Source: an uncultured Poribacteria bacterium (GTDB lineage: Bacteria; Poribacteria; WGA-4E; WGA-3G). Taken from it: 64,000 nt of DNA. The DNA lies in contig OX638351.1 in NCBI GenBank assembly GCA_951813565.1, positions 2,592,001 to 2,656,000 of the forward strand. The letters run 5' to 3'. Positions 29,664 through 39,995 of this stretch are shown here, piece after piece. The translations under genes and the position numbers were made by a program. The notes beneath the pieces are model-generated. The model did no database searches. It was not told the origin of the DNA and was given only the letters and a program-made list of their open reading frames with translations. Each line of letters begins with the position of its first letter. Position 1 is the first letter of the stretch.

Positions 29664-30158
29664 ATGGCACAACAATATGATACAATAGGAAAAAATATCC
29701 TGAATGAACGTATCAATGAAATTGCACAGTTTGTTCTGAACGTACCTGATGTTGAAGTGATCGCAGACCTTGATACTGAGCAATGGGTACAAAGATACAT
29801 CGACGCAACATTAGTTACAAATGTTGATCTGCCGACTAAAGCAAATTTACTTTATGGACTCTCCCTCTTTGGAGGGCTCGTGCATAACCCTGACTTGTTT
29901 GAACAAATACCGGAGGAACTTATGCAAGAATCTTCTGTTTTTCAACACCAACGCGAAAAGCTTATTACACAAGGGGCAAAAGAGACTACCCTCAAAAACC
30001 TTCTGACAGTCCTCAACGCGAAATTCGATACAGAGGAAGTACGGACCCTAGTGCCTGCACTTGAAAACATAGACGATTTACAACGTCTTGAACAGCTGCA
30101 TCTCGCTGCCGTTAAGGCGAAAAGTCTTGAAGCCTTCGCCGAAACTCTTTTTGAATAG
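29664..30158 (+). CDS. Rpn/YhgA-like protein with internal deletion of the nuclease core
   Basis: N-terminal YDTIGK...DLDTEQ is joined directly to the C-terminal half (MQES..FQ...G...LL.VL..KF...IDDL..L.QL..AA...SLEAF). Confidence 0.7.
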   Translation: MAQQYDTIGKNILNERINEIAQFVLNVPDVEVIADLDTEQWVQRYIDATLVTNVDLPTKANLLYGLSLFGGLVHNPDLFEQIPEELMQESSVFQHQREKLITQGAKETTLKNLLTVLNAKFDTEEVRTLVPALENIDDLQRLEQLHLAAVKAKSLEAFAETLFE

Positions 30159-30237
30159 GAGCATAGGATAGGATCAGCCGTCAGTTCTACTTTATAGGAC
30201 ACATATCTGAAAAGCGCAGGACGTTCACAAGAAATTT

Positions 30238-30942
30238 ATGATAAAAGCAGTATTTTTTGATTTTTATTACACTTTATGTGTTTGGGGACGACCCCTTGAG
30301 GAAAGTCTGCAAATAATTGCAGAACGATACCAATTTGAAATTGACAGGGGACGTTACGCTGCAGCAGTCGAGAATCTGTTTGCGGATGCGTCAGATTCCG
30401 ATCCTACGACACACTCTCTACTTGGAACAATGCAAAAAATCGTGGACAGTTACTGCGAGTTTGTCCGAGAACTTGGTGTTCAGGCACATGCAGAACAGAT
30501 GGCATGGGAATTGTTGCAAGCTGGACACTCGCTTTTTGCAGCGAACGTAGCATCGCTCTACAACGATACTGTTCCAACACTCCAACGTTTGCGTGATGAT
30601 GGATACAAGTTAGCGATTGTCTCAAATTGGGATACACCGTTGGATCCGCTAACAGAAAGGTTAGGAATCGCCAAGTATTTTGATGTAATCACTGCCTCGC
30701 ATGATACGCGCGTTAGGTCTGCCAAACCAGACCCATACATATTCGAATACACGCTAAAAGCAGTTGAGGTGTCTGCGGAAGAAACAGTGCATGTCGGGGA
30801 TACTTATGAAGCTGACATCATCGGAGCACAAGGGGTAGGTATTCGTCCAATACTGATTGATAGGGAAGGTTCACAACAAGGCAGATGGCATGAAACGATT
30901 CGGAGTCTTGCTGAGTTGCCGGAACTGCTTGATGCTACTTAA
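30238..30942 (+). CDS. HAD-family hydrolase
   Basis: FFDFYYTL, IVSNWD, KPDP.IF, HVGDTYEADI.GA. Confidence 0.9.
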   Translation: MIKAVFFDFYYTLCVWGRPLEESLQIIAERYQFEIDRGRYAAAVENLFADASDSDPTTHSLLGTMQKIVDSYCEFVRELGVQAHAEQMAWELLQAGHSLFAANVASLYNDTVPTLQRLRDDGYKLAIVSNWDTPLDPLTERLGIAKYFDVITASHDTRVRSAKPDPYIFEYTLKAVEVSAEETVHVGDTYEADIIGAQGVGIRPILIDREGSQQGRWHETIRSLAELPELLDAT

Positions 30943-30981
30943 ACCGCGCTCATAATGCCCATAACTTTCCTTTATATAAAT

Positions 30982-31221
30982 TTATATTAACCTATAAGCT
31001 TCCAAAAAAGTGTTTCTGGGAATTTCTGCCTGAGTACATATTCGGCGCAAAGTTGAACCTTTTATGCGACGATGATTCGGTAGTACCAATACACTTCGAC
31101 TCCCATCTGGGTTTTCACGTGCCATACAGATATGATTTCCTTCACGAATTATACGAAATTCTAATCGTTCTAACGCACGGACAACTCTGTTTTTGGGTGC
31201 ATCTACTGGAAAACGAGGCAT
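30982..31221 (-). CDS. hicA: Type II TA toxin HicA
   Basis: L...F...REGNH, LPNH..IKGSTL..I..QA. Confidence 0.88.
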   Translation of the reverse strand: MPRFPVDAPKNRVVRALERLEFRIIREGNHICMARENPDGSRSVLVLPNHRRIKGSTLRRICTQAEIPRNTFLEAYRLI

Positions 31222-31439
31222 TAGATATTCACTTCGGTAACAAAAACGTCTAAGGCAGGTTCTTCAACTTCAAGTTCTTCTTTTCCAAAAGTTTCAATAT
31301 AAAACCGAATCGCAGAAGTTACGTCCGCAACACTTTCCTCATAGGTATCGCCTTGCCCTATAACAACACCCTTCAATCCCAGTGGATAGGCGACATAACC
31401 ATCAATATGTTTTTCAACAATCACTTTAAACGGTTGCAT
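31221..31439 (-). CDS. hicB: Type II TA antitoxin HicB (short form)
   Basis: GYVAY..GL.GVV.GQGDT.EE....V..AI; overlaps the toxin start. Confidence 0.88.
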   Translation of the reverse strand: MQPFKVIVEKHIDGYVAYPLGLKGVVIGQGDTYEESVADVTSAIRFYIETFGKEELEVEEPALDVFVTEVNI

Positions 31440-31465
31440 TTTTGTTCTCCTTTTTGGCAATTCAT

Positions 31466-32743
31466 CTACTCAATAAATTGCGAGCGCAATGCCCACAAAC
31501 CCTGCCCTGGTTCACTTATATAGAAAAAGCCATCGTCGTTAAACCCATCAACAAGCGTTTCTGGATTGTATTTAGCAATAACTTCGTCTAAAGGTGCCCA
31601 TTCGTAGCCAACTGATTCAATCTCTGTTTGCGTAAGATGTTCAGTCGCATAAACAACCTTGAAACGTCCCTCGGTACTGCCGTGAATCAGGTGTGCTGCT
31701 GCGGAGAGATTTTTTTGTAGCTCGGTGTTTTCTTCAACCGCTTTGAGTGTTGCAGGCGTGTCACGATACCCATATTTTCGAATGAGTCTGTCGATTTCAG
31801 CATCCTCACCGAATTCGCGTAACCCTGGTGCGATAATGATTAACTCGCCATCGTCTGCCATTGCCATCCGTGTGCGATAGATAGCCTTATTCCCAAGCCA
31901 TGTACTTTTAAACTCCCTCGGATCCAAGTAGACAACTACCTTCTCTAACGGTTCATCTAAAAATGTCATATTAACGTTTCTACTTAGCTCCGCGGCAGTC
32001 TCAAAAGTGCGTGCGTCATCACCGATGTAAAGACCGCGCATCACACGATCTCCATTTTCATCAACATCCATCACACTCATCACATAAACAATACCGAGTT
32101 GTTTCAGGTAATGTGTATGCGCATAATTCAGCACCCGCCTAACAGACGTATCCGTGCGTCCCATTAAACTTTCCATACCATCTACTGCACCAAGGAAATG
32201 AGATTTGTTAATCATCTCAACCCCGCCTGCTCCGACAAGCACATTCTTGAATCCATTAGCGATTCCGATAACTTCGTGAGGAATTACCTGTCCAACAGAG
32301 ATAATGAGTTCATAGTCTCCTTCTACAAGTTTTTGATTGACAGCCACAGGAATACTATAATCAAGTTTGCCACCAGATACCTCACGGATAAACTCGGATG
32401 GCACTTCCCCAAAGTGGTCCAGTCCTGTCCGCCAGTGATGGATATGATATTTTGCCTTGGGCAGCTCGCCATACATATCGGCAATTTGTGCATCGGTCAT
32501 AGGTGCATGTGTGCCGATAGCAGGCAATATATCAAAAGTTGTTCCGTTTGCGGTATCCCAGAGTTCATAGAGAAGACGCGTAAGTTCTCCTGCATTTGAG
32601 TGAAGGCGCGTTATATCTGGTGGAATCACTAAAATCTTTTTTGGGATACCACCCAACTTGAGCAGTGCTTCTTGAAGTAATGCGCGTTTTCCTTTGGTTG
32701 TAATGACAGTGTCTTTTCCACCGTGGGCAATGTAGGTTGACAT
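31466..32743 (-). CDS. Lactate racemase (LarA-like) domain protein, possible sugar-acid epimerase
   Basis: PPDITR, AIGTH.PM, PHEV.G.ANG.K. Confidence 0.82.
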   Translation of the reverse strand: MSTYIAHGGKDTVITTKGKRALLQEALLKLGGIPKKILVIPPDITRLHSNAGELTRLLYELWDTANGTTFDILPAIGTHAPMTDAQIADMYGELPKAKYHIHHWRTGLDHFGEVPSEFIREVSGGKLDYSIPVAVNQKLVEGDYELIISVGQVIPHEVIGIANGFKNVLVGAGGVEMINKSHFLGAVDGMESLMGRTDTSVRRVLNYAHTHYLKQLGIVYVMSVMDVDENGDRVMRGLYIGDDARTFETAAELSRNVNMTFLDEPLEKVVVYLDPREFKSTWLGNKAIYRTRMAMADDGELIIIAPGLREFGEDAEIDRLIRKYGYRDTPATLKAVEENTELQKNLSAAAHLIHGSTEGRFKVVYATEHLTQTEIESVGYEWAPLDEVIAKYNPETLVDGFNDDGFFYISEPGQGLWALRSQFIE

Positions 32744-32956
32744 AATGTTAATCTCGTAATTTATTTATACTGAATTATAGAAATAAGTGAACATAATTTT
32801 ATGATTGGCGGTGTTTGTAGTCGCGCAATTCATTGCGCCTCTTACATACACTGGTAGGCACGCTTTATAAGCGCGCCGATCAACGACATATCCATATCTT
32901 AATCTTAAAATCCGTTAAGAAAAAAGGTCCGGATGCCTCGCCCTCAACGTTTGCAA

Positions 32957-33697
32957 TTAATACGAGGTTTTAATAGTCCCCCAAGTTGTGCTTAACTTAT
33001 CCTGTGGTTCCACAGGCAAAACCAAATCATCAACAGAATCACCGATAAAGAGATTATCAATATAGACAAGACCGTAGTTGCCAAACTTACCTGTTTTATA
33101 ATCCCCATCTTTAGCCTCTGTGGCTATCGCGACATCTTCAAAAGATGTTTTATCATCTCGTTCTTTGAGCTTAAAAGTGAATGAATCGCCATCTAACGTG
33201 AGTTGTGCGCGATACCAAACCTGCGGCTTGTTTTCCACCATCCCGTCCGCTATAAGCGTCCAACCACCATGCTGTTTCCAAAATTGATACGGTTTATTAC
33301 CTTGCCGACGGTCGCTCAAATAGAACTTCGCGCCATCTTGAAAGCGAAAGACGACACCCATATAAAAATCATCGGGAAACATCATATCCCATTCAGCGAC
33401 ATAATCAGTCCAATCGCCATCTCCACAAACATAGATGGAGCCACCAGGACCATCGTGTCGTGACTTATCAGATGCTTTGTCAGAAGTTTTAAGCACCTTA
33501 TTTCCAGCATCTTTAGGGTCGGCAACAACTTCTGCTTTTGTGTTACCAGCGAACCCGATCTCCCATTTCTTAGGTTCTTGATCGATACTATCTTTCTCAA
33601 AATTGTCATGAAACAACAACTCTGCGGATGCCTCCATTGAAGCGAAAAGAGTTAACATCAACACGGCACATAGAATTAATAGCTTTGTAAAATACAT
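32957..33697 (-). CDS. Secreted concanavalin/DUF1080-like protein with C-terminal KLxTTW motif
   Basis: Signal peptide, DNFE, W.DY, beta-rich; ends PVEPQDKLSTTWGTIKTSY. Confidence 0.7.
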   Translation of the reverse strand: MYFTKLLILCAVLMLTLFASMEASAELLFHDNFEKDSIDQEPKKWEIGFAGNTKAEVVADPKDAGNKVLKTSDKASDKSRHDGPGGSIYVCGDGDWTDYVAEWDMMFPDDFYMGVVFRFQDGAKFYLSDRRQGNKPYQFWKQHGGWTLIADGMVENKPQVWYRAQLTLDGDSFTFKLKERDDKTSFEDVAIATEAKDGDYKTGKFGNYGLVYIDNLFIGDSVDDLVLPVEPQDKLSTTWGTIKTSY

Positions 33698-33717
33698 TTT
33701 TCCTCCTTAGATTTGGA

Positions 33718-33840
33718 CTAGGGTTTTTAGTTTTAGGGTTTTTGCACATTTTCGTCAAAAAGTCGCGAGCTGGAGCTCGCTCCTACAGTAAGAGGGTCAT
33801 TCAAGAATAACCGAAAATATGGAGAACTAAATAATCCTGG
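33718..33840. mobile_element. Small MITE carrying one REP palindrome
   Basis: Imperfect TIR CTAGGGTTTTTAGTT / AACTAAATAATCCTGG, flanked by ATTTGGA on both sides. Internal GCGAGCTGGAGCTCGC. Confidence 0.6.
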
Positions 33841-33920
33841 ATTTGGACAAATTTCACTTGAAAATTTTCCTTAACAATTATATCATAAAAATTACAAATA
33901 GTGTAAAAAAAGAGGTATGC

Positions 33921-35093
33921 ATGCACATATTGCACACTGCCGATTGGCATATCGGGCAAAAACTCCACGAACGCCAACGGCTTGATGAACATAAAGAATT
34001 GCTAAATTGGCTTCTACACACAATCCAAGAACATAAAGCTGAACTTCTCCTCGTTTCAGGTGATATTTTTGACACCTCCCTCCCGTCAGCAGAAGCAACA
34101 AATCTCTATTATGAGTTTCTTTTTAACCTCTATGAAGAAACCGATGCATACGCGGTAATTATTGCTGGCAATCACGATTCTGCACGACACTTGGAAGCCC
34201 CCAGGGAATTCCTCAAAATGGGTAGGATCCACGTCGTTGGACTGGTAAGAGAACCGACTGAATGTGTCTTAAATATTCCAGACGAAAACCCTCGCGTCTC
34301 TGTTGCAGCTGTGCCGTATCTTTCTGAAAACGAACTCCCACACGTCTCCTATGAATCCGATATAGAAAAGAACGAACGGTATCGAGAACGACTCAAAACG
34401 TTCTATGCGGATTGTGTGTCGCACATGCCAGCGGATCTCCCGAAGATTTTGATGGGACACCTCTTTGTCCAAGGTGGAAATGTAAGCGATTCTGAACGAA
34501 ATATCCAAATTGGTGGTGCTACTGCTATTCACGCGGACGACTTTCCTGACGGTGTGAATTATGTTGCGCTTGGTCATCTCCACAGACCCCAGACGATAGA
34601 AGGCAGCGCTTATCCGATCCGATATTCAGGATCACCTATTTCCCTAAGATTCAACGAAACAAATTATCGCAAAAAGGTGTATCTGTTGGAACTGTCTGAC
34701 GATGGAACATTGATACTTGATGAAGAAATTGAGATTCCCATTTTCAAGCGATTATGTACCGTCGCGGGTGACGAAAACACCGTTTTATTTCAAGCAGCGG
34801 CTGAAAATTGGGATGGGAAATACATTCAAGTCAAATTAAAATTAGAGGCTGTAGAAACCGGTATCAACGACAAAATTCGGCAAGCGTTTGCAGGACGTGG
34901 TGGTGATGTTCTGAGTGTAGAAATTGAGATGCCAGAAGCAAAACGCGATATTAATATCTCTGTTGAAGACATGAAACGTCCCGAGGAAATCTTTGAACAA
35001 TTCCATAAGGCAAAACATGATGGCAAACCACCCGATGAAACATTAGTACAAACGTTTAACGAATTACTTCAGATGGTTGAGAAATCTCAATGA
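33921..35093 (+). CDS. sbcD: Exonuclease SbcCD subunit D
   Basis: HTADWHIG, GDIFD, AGNHDS, ALGHLH, YSGSP. Confidence 0.95.
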   Translation: MHILHTADWHIGQKLHERQRLDEHKELLNWLLHTIQEHKAELLLVSGDIFDTSLPSAEATNLYYEFLFNLYEETDAYAVIIAGNHDSARHLEAPREFLKMGRIHVVGLVREPTECVLNIPDENPRVSVAAVPYLSENELPHVSYESDIEKNERYRERLKTFYADCVSHMPADLPKILMGHLFVQGGNVSDSERNIQIGGATAIHADDFPDGVNYVALGHLHRPQTIEGSAYPIRYSGSPISLRFNETNYRKKVYLLELSDDGTLILDEEIEIPIFKRLCTVAGDENTVLFQAAAENWDGKYIQVKLKLEAVETGINDKIRQAFAGRGGDVLSVEIEMPEAKRDINISVEDMKRPEEIFEQFHKAKHDGKPPDETLVQTFNELLQMVEKSQ

Positions 35094-38000
35094 AATTGTG
35101 TAAACTGAAACTAAAAAACCTAAATAGTTTTCGTGACGAGGTTGAACTTGATTTTGATGAACCTCCGTTAGACGAGGCATCACTTGTAGCAATTACCGGT
35201 CCTACGGGGGCAGGAAAAACAACGTTGTTAGATGCGATTTGTGTTGCACTTTACGGTAAAACACCGCGTTTGAGTGGAACTGGCAGCCAAAATCCGAACT
35301 ATCTCATCAGTCACGGAGAAAAAGAAGGTTTCGCTGAGGTTCATTTTGTCGCAAACGGTACGCGCTACATTGCTGCGTGGTCGGGTAAACTCAAAGCGTC
35401 TCCTAAAGGGAGTTTGTTAAATGCCGATTCTGACAAACTAATTAGCGATAGACTATCTGCACGCGGTAAATCTCTTGGCTCCAGTGAAAACACGGTAAGC
35501 GAAGAGGTGACTGCCATTTTAGGGCTTGATTTTGATGCGTTTAAGCGATCCGTTATGTTGGCACAAGGTGAATTTGCTGCGTTTTTGAAAGCAAAGGACG
35601 AAGAACGGCGCACAATTTTGGAAGCTGCTGCAAATGTTGATATCTACGATGAACTGAAAAGGACATTAAACGATAAGGTGACAACTGTTGAAACTGAATA
35701 TCAGAGTGTTTTACAAAAACTTGAAGCAGTTCCTGAAGCCTCACTTGAACAACTTACGGAAGCAGAAACAGAGCTTGCCAGATTGCAAGCAGAAGCAGAA
35801 AAATTAGGTGGAAAAAATCAGCAAATTCAAACGGAAAAAGAACATGAAACAAAACGTAAAGAGGATTATGAAAAACTACAATCTTCTGAAGAAAATCAAA
35901 AAGAACTTATCAATCAGCAACCGATGATTGACAAACTAAAATCGGAACTTGAGGACGCTGAACGTGCAAACCAACTTCGTGCAGAGAAACAGGTGTATGA
36001 TACCGCAAAATCGAATCATGAAAAAGCAGCAGATGACCTACAAAAGGCTGAAATCGAGTTTACGGATACACAAAAGCAAGTGGAGACTAACCAAGCCAAT
36101 TTTGATAAGAAAGACGAGACTTATCAAACAGCTTTATCCGAGCGTGAACGGAAAATTGACATTTTTAACACTGCAAAATTAGAAGTAAGCCAGGCAGAAA
36201 ACCAATTTGAACAAGCGAATAACCGAATAACTGATAAGAAAAAAATAGACGACCAAATTGAGACAACGTTAAACAAGTTAACTGAGAAGGAAACTCGTCA
36301 AACTGAATTGCAAGAACAAATTGCGGAAGCGCAGACCTTTTTAGATGAAAACCCTCTCCCATCAGATCGGCAGTCACGTCTGAACCGAACAAGTGTTCTT
36401 CTATCAGAACTCAACTCAAAATGCCAACTGCAAAAGGAAAAAGAAAAGGACCAGTCGGAGTCCGAGTTACAAATAGGAAAGTTAAAAGAAAAGTTAAAAG
36501 AATTAACTGAGAATAGGAAAGAACTACTCTTGAAAGAAAAAACTGTAAAGAATTCTCTTAAACAAGCAGAAGCAGAATTCAAAGAACTTCAAGAAAATGG
36601 CACACTTGAGGATTGGCAAAGCCGAAGAGATAATGCAAGAAAAGCGCAACCGATAGCGCAACAGTATGAAAATTTGGTCGATCAACTCGGTGATAAGAGG
36701 GACGATCTCGCGGAATCAAAGGAAAAAATCATTGGACTTGATGAATCCCTTGATAGTCTTAATAAAAAACTTGAGGTTCAATCTCAACTCTGCAAGCGAG
36801 CAGATGCAGAAGTTGAGAAATTAGAAGCAGAAAAAGAATTAGCACTTTTAACAGAACCCGTTAATGCGCTTCGACAGCAGTTAGAGGAAGGGAAACCTTG
36901 CCGCGTGTGTGGTGCTACAGATCATCCCTACGCTGATAAAGTTGAAAGTGAGAAACTACTTGAAAGTATTCTGAAAGCATTAGACGATGCCGAAACAGAG
37001 GCGAAAAAGGCACAGAAGCAGAAGCAAAAATTAGAACGGGATCAAGCACGTCTCCAACAAGATAAATCCCACACCGTTGAACAAGTCGATGAATGTGTTG
37101 CAGAAATAGAAAACCTAAATACCGAAACCGAAGACCTTTGTGCAAAGTGGAAAGAACTCTATGAATCTGCAGACATCTCATTCGAATGGGTTGATGAAAG
37201 GTTTGATGAAGCAGACACTGCGATTGAGAATCTCAACACTACCCAAGAAACTTACAATGAAGTATCCAGCAAATTGAATGAAGTTTCTCATAAACTTGAA
37301 ACCTGTCAAAATAATCTCAATCGAGAAAATGAACTATTGAACGATACAAAACAGGAATTGGAATCTATAACAGATGAGATTGAGGTCTTGAAATTGGACA
37401 TTTCTGATACCGAGAAAGATTTTTGGACTTCAATGCCCGAAGTTTTTCACGGTGTTACGCCAGATAAAGCCGTCAAACAATTTGACGATAAGATCAAGGT
37501 AGTCGATTTACGTGAGCAGGAACTTACCACTAAAAACAGCCGACTTAATGTGCTTAACACCGAAATTCAGAACGACCAACGCGAACTTCAAGACTTACAA
37601 GAACGCCAAAAAGAACTTGAAGCAGAAATTGAACGCTATCAAAACGAAGGCGAAACGTTTATAGATGCTGTTCGAGATAAAACGGGTGGATTGGAATTGG
37701 AAGACGATATCAACGCTGCTATTGATGAGTTAAATGGTGAACTACAGGCGAAAAAGGCTGAACGCGATGAAGCTAAACAACAGTTAGAAAAAAGCCGAAC
37801 ACTATTAACTCAAAAAGAAACGACTCAGAAATTTTGCGAAGAGCAGTTGAAGGAGAATTGCGAAAAGTTTGAGACAGCAGGCGATGCTTACTTGGATAAA
37901 TTGAACAAAGCAGGATTTGAGTCACCTGAAGCACATGACGTGGCATTCCGAGATGAAGCGCAGATACAAGCACTAACCGAAAAAACAGACGCTCATGAGA

Positions 38001-38728
38001 ACGAAAAGCAGCAGCTTGATGTAGAAATTGTAGCGTTGCGGACGCAGTTTGTAGAAGTGCCATTTTCCCCTGAGGTATTAAAACTGATTATATCCCAAGC
38101 AGAAGAAATTGCAGCAGAGATACAAAGCGCACAGGAAAAAATTGGCAGACAAAATGAGAAAATTGACAATCTGAAAGACGATCTTCAAAAACGTGAAAAA
38201 CTTGATAGCGAAGTGCATGCGGCAAAGCAAGAATGGGAACGTTGGAAAAAGTTGCAGGAGATAATTCCTCGAAACGAACTTCGGGATTTTGCATTGGATA
38301 TTATGTTTCAACAGGTCAGCCGTATTGCCAATGTTCAGTTGGCATATTTAACCTCAGAACGTTACCAACTTGATGTAGAAACCATCGGTAAGTTAACCGT
38401 TATTGATCGGTGGAATGCAAATGAAAAACGTCCTGTTGAAACACTCTCTGGTGGCGAATCATTTTTAACGAGCCTGGCACTTGCATTAGCATTATCTGAA
38501 CTCAGCCAAGGTCGCGCACAACTCAATTCACTATTCCTTGACGAAGGATTCGGAACGCTTGATACAGAAACACTTGATATAGCAATCTCAGCTTTGGAAG
38601 GACTTCGCATGCAGGGACGCAGTATCTATCTTATTAGTCATATACAGGAATTGACGAGACGTTTGCCTGTTAAAATCAATGTTAAGAAACGGGGAAACGG
38701 CAGTTCATATATTGAAATTCGAGATTAA
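35090..38728 (+). CDS. sbcC: Exonuclease SbcCD subunit C (SMC-like ATPase)
   Basis: GPTGAGKT, LAQGEF, long coiled coil with zinc hook CRVCG, LSGGE, FLDEGFGTLD. Confidence 0.95.
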   Translation: MKLCKLKLKNLNSFRDEVELDFDEPPLDEASLVAITGPTGAGKTTLLDAICVALYGKTPRLSGTGSQNPNYLISHGEKEGFAEVHFVANGTRYIAAWSGKLKASPKGSLLNADSDKLISDRLSARGKSLGSSENTVSEEVTAILGLDFDAFKRSVMLAQGEFAAFLKAKDEERRTILEAAANVDIYDELKRTLNDKVTTVETEYQSVLQKLEAVPEASLEQLTEAETELARLQAEAEKLGGKNQQIQTEKEHETKRKEDYEKLQSSEENQKELINQQPMIDKLKSELEDAERANQLRAEKQVYDTAKSNHEKAADDLQKAEIEFTDTQKQVETNQANFDKKDETYQTALSERERKIDIFNTAKLEVSQAENQFEQANNRITDKKKIDDQIETTLNKLTEKETRQTELQEQIAEAQTFLDENPLPSDRQSRLNRTSVLLSELNSKCQLQKEKEKDQSESELQIGKLKEKLKELTENRKELLLKEKTVKNSLKQAEAEFKELQENGTLEDWQSRRDNARKAQPIAQQYENLVDQLGDKRDDLAESKEKIIGLDESLDSLNKKLEVQSQLCKRADAEVEKLEAEKELALLTEPVNALRQQLEEGKPCRVCGATDHPYADKVESEKLLESILKALDDAETEAKKAQKQKQKLERDQARLQQDKSHTVEQVDECVAEIENLNTETEDLCAKWKELYESADISFEWVDERFDEADTAIENLNTTQETYNEVSSKLNEVSHKLETCQNNLNRENELLNDTKQELESITDEIEVLKLDISDTEKDFWTSMPEVFHGVTPDKAVKQFDDKIKVVDLREQELTTKNSRLNVLNTEIQNDQRELQDLQERQKELEAEIERYQNEGETFIDAVRDKTGGLELEDDINAAIDELNGELQAKKAERDEAKQQLEKSRTLLTQKETTQKFCEEQLKENCEKFETAGDAYLDKLNKAGFESPEAHDVAFRDEAQIQALTEKTDAHENEKQQLDVEIVALRTQFVEVPFSPEVLKLIISQAEEIAAEIQSAQEKIGRQNEKIDNLKDDLQKREKLDSEVHAAKQEWERWKKLQEIIPRNELRDFALDIMFQQVSRIANVQLAYLTSERYQLDVETIGKLTVIDRWNANEKRPVETLSGGESFLTSLALALALSELSQGRAQLNSLFLDEGFGTLDTETLDIAISALEGLRMQGRSIYLISHIQELTRRLPVKINVKKRGNGSSYIEIRD

Positions 38729-38817
38729 CGCAAATCATTGTGAAATATACGCATCTACAGGTAGGCGCGCTTTGTAAGCGCGCCAAGAAATAACTTAAAA
38801 CAAATTGGAGGCTATGT

Positions 38818-39576
38818 ATGCAATTTGGTTTCATGTCGTCTGTCTGTCCGCCATTAACGCTGGCAGAACTCATTGACAAAGCAAAACACTATAACTATGA
38901 ACACTTAGAACTCCGTGTAGAATGGGACCACGGACACGGTGTTGAATTGGATTCTACACCACAACAACTCAACGATGCAAAGGCTCGCTTAGCAGATAGT
39001 GGAATAGCTCTATCTTGTATTGCAACTGGGGTGAGATTCGTTAATCCTGACGCGCAAAAACGCGCAGAACAAGTTGATCTGCTGAAGCGGTATATTGAAC
39101 TTTCTGAAAAGATGGATGCTAAGAACATCCGTATCTTCGGTGATCCGGTCCCGAAAACACCGGCTGAAGTGGATCAAACACTTGATTGGGAAGCGGATGG
39201 TATCCGTGATTGTGACGCGTTAGCAGGTGAGGCAGGAGTTGCGCTCTGTTTGGAAACACACGGGAATCTTATCGCGAGTTACGTGGCTGAAGCGCTATAC
39301 CGGTCAGAAGCACAGAATACCTTTGTGAATTGGCATGCAGGACACCATGTTCGACACGGGCAACCTGTGGATGTCGCTTATGTTCATCTACGAGGTAAAG
39401 TGCGACATGCACATGTCAATTTTGGTGATGAAGGGCCAATGCCTGACACAGAAAAAGATTCCCTCTCACTTCTCAAACAAGATGGGTATACTGGTTTTAT
39501 CTCAATAGAAGTTATCAATCCAAAGGATTCGGATGCTGTGCTGCAACGACATGCCGAACTATACAAAACACTGTAA
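38818..39576 (+). CDS. Sugar phosphate isomerase/epimerase (TIM barrel)
   Basis: ELR, LETHG, HAHV, GYTGFISIE. Confidence 0.85.
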   Translation: MQFGFMSSVCPPLTLAELIDKAKHYNYEHLELRVEWDHGHGVELDSTPQQLNDAKARLADSGIALSCIATGVRFVNPDAQKRAEQVDLLKRYIELSEKMDAKNIRIFGDPVPKTPAEVDQTLDWEADGIRDCDALAGEAGVALCLETHGNLIASYVAEALYRSEAQNTFVNWHAGHHVRHGQPVDVAYVHLRGKVRHAHVNFGDEGPMPDTEKDSLSLLKQDGYTGFISIEVINPKDSDAVLQRHAELYKTL

Positions 39577-39625
39577 ACCACGAATCTTCAAGGACTGATA
39601 GTTAATCAGAGATTGAATTAAACGT

Positions 39626-39659
39626 TCCGGTAGACATGCTTGAGAGTGCGTCTACCGGA
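39626..39659. terminator. Hairpin between convergent genes (REP-like or bidirectional terminator)
   Basis: TCCGGTAGAC...GTCTACCGGA inverted repeat. Confidence 0.55.
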
Positions 39660-39665
39660 TTTATT

Positions 39666-39995
39666 TTAAACGCTAAACGATTCGCCGCAGCCGCATGTGT
39701 TTTTGGCGTTTGGATTGGTAATCTTAAAACCTGATTCCATTAAGCCGTCATTGTAATCCAGCACCGAACCTGCGAGATATAGGGAACTGCGTGGATCAAT
39801 GAACACTTTCAAACCGTGAAATTCAAAGACCCTATCGGCGCCCTTCGCTTCGCCAAACTCAAGGTTATATTGGAATCCTGAGCAACCGCCGCCGATAACC
39901 TGCATGCGCAAACCGAGTTCTGCTTCTGCGCTATTTTCGTTGCTGTTTATGAGTGTAATCGCTTTTTGTGCCGCAGATTCCGTTACATTAATCAT
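39666..39995 (-). CDS. iscA: Iron-sulfur cluster assembly accessory protein (IscA/HesB)
   Basis: GGCSGFQY, NPNAK.TCGCGESF. Confidence 0.93.
   Translation of the reverse strand: MINVTESAAQKAITLINSNENSAEAELGLRMQVIGGGCSGFQYNLEFGEAKGADRVFEFHGLKVFIDPRSSLYLAGSVLDYNDGLMESGFKITNPNAKNTCGCGESFSV

Noticed and set aside
33921..38728. SbcCD as a Wadjet/Lamassu-type defence system
   Set aside because: Canonical sbcD-sbcC motifs and no accessory defence genes.
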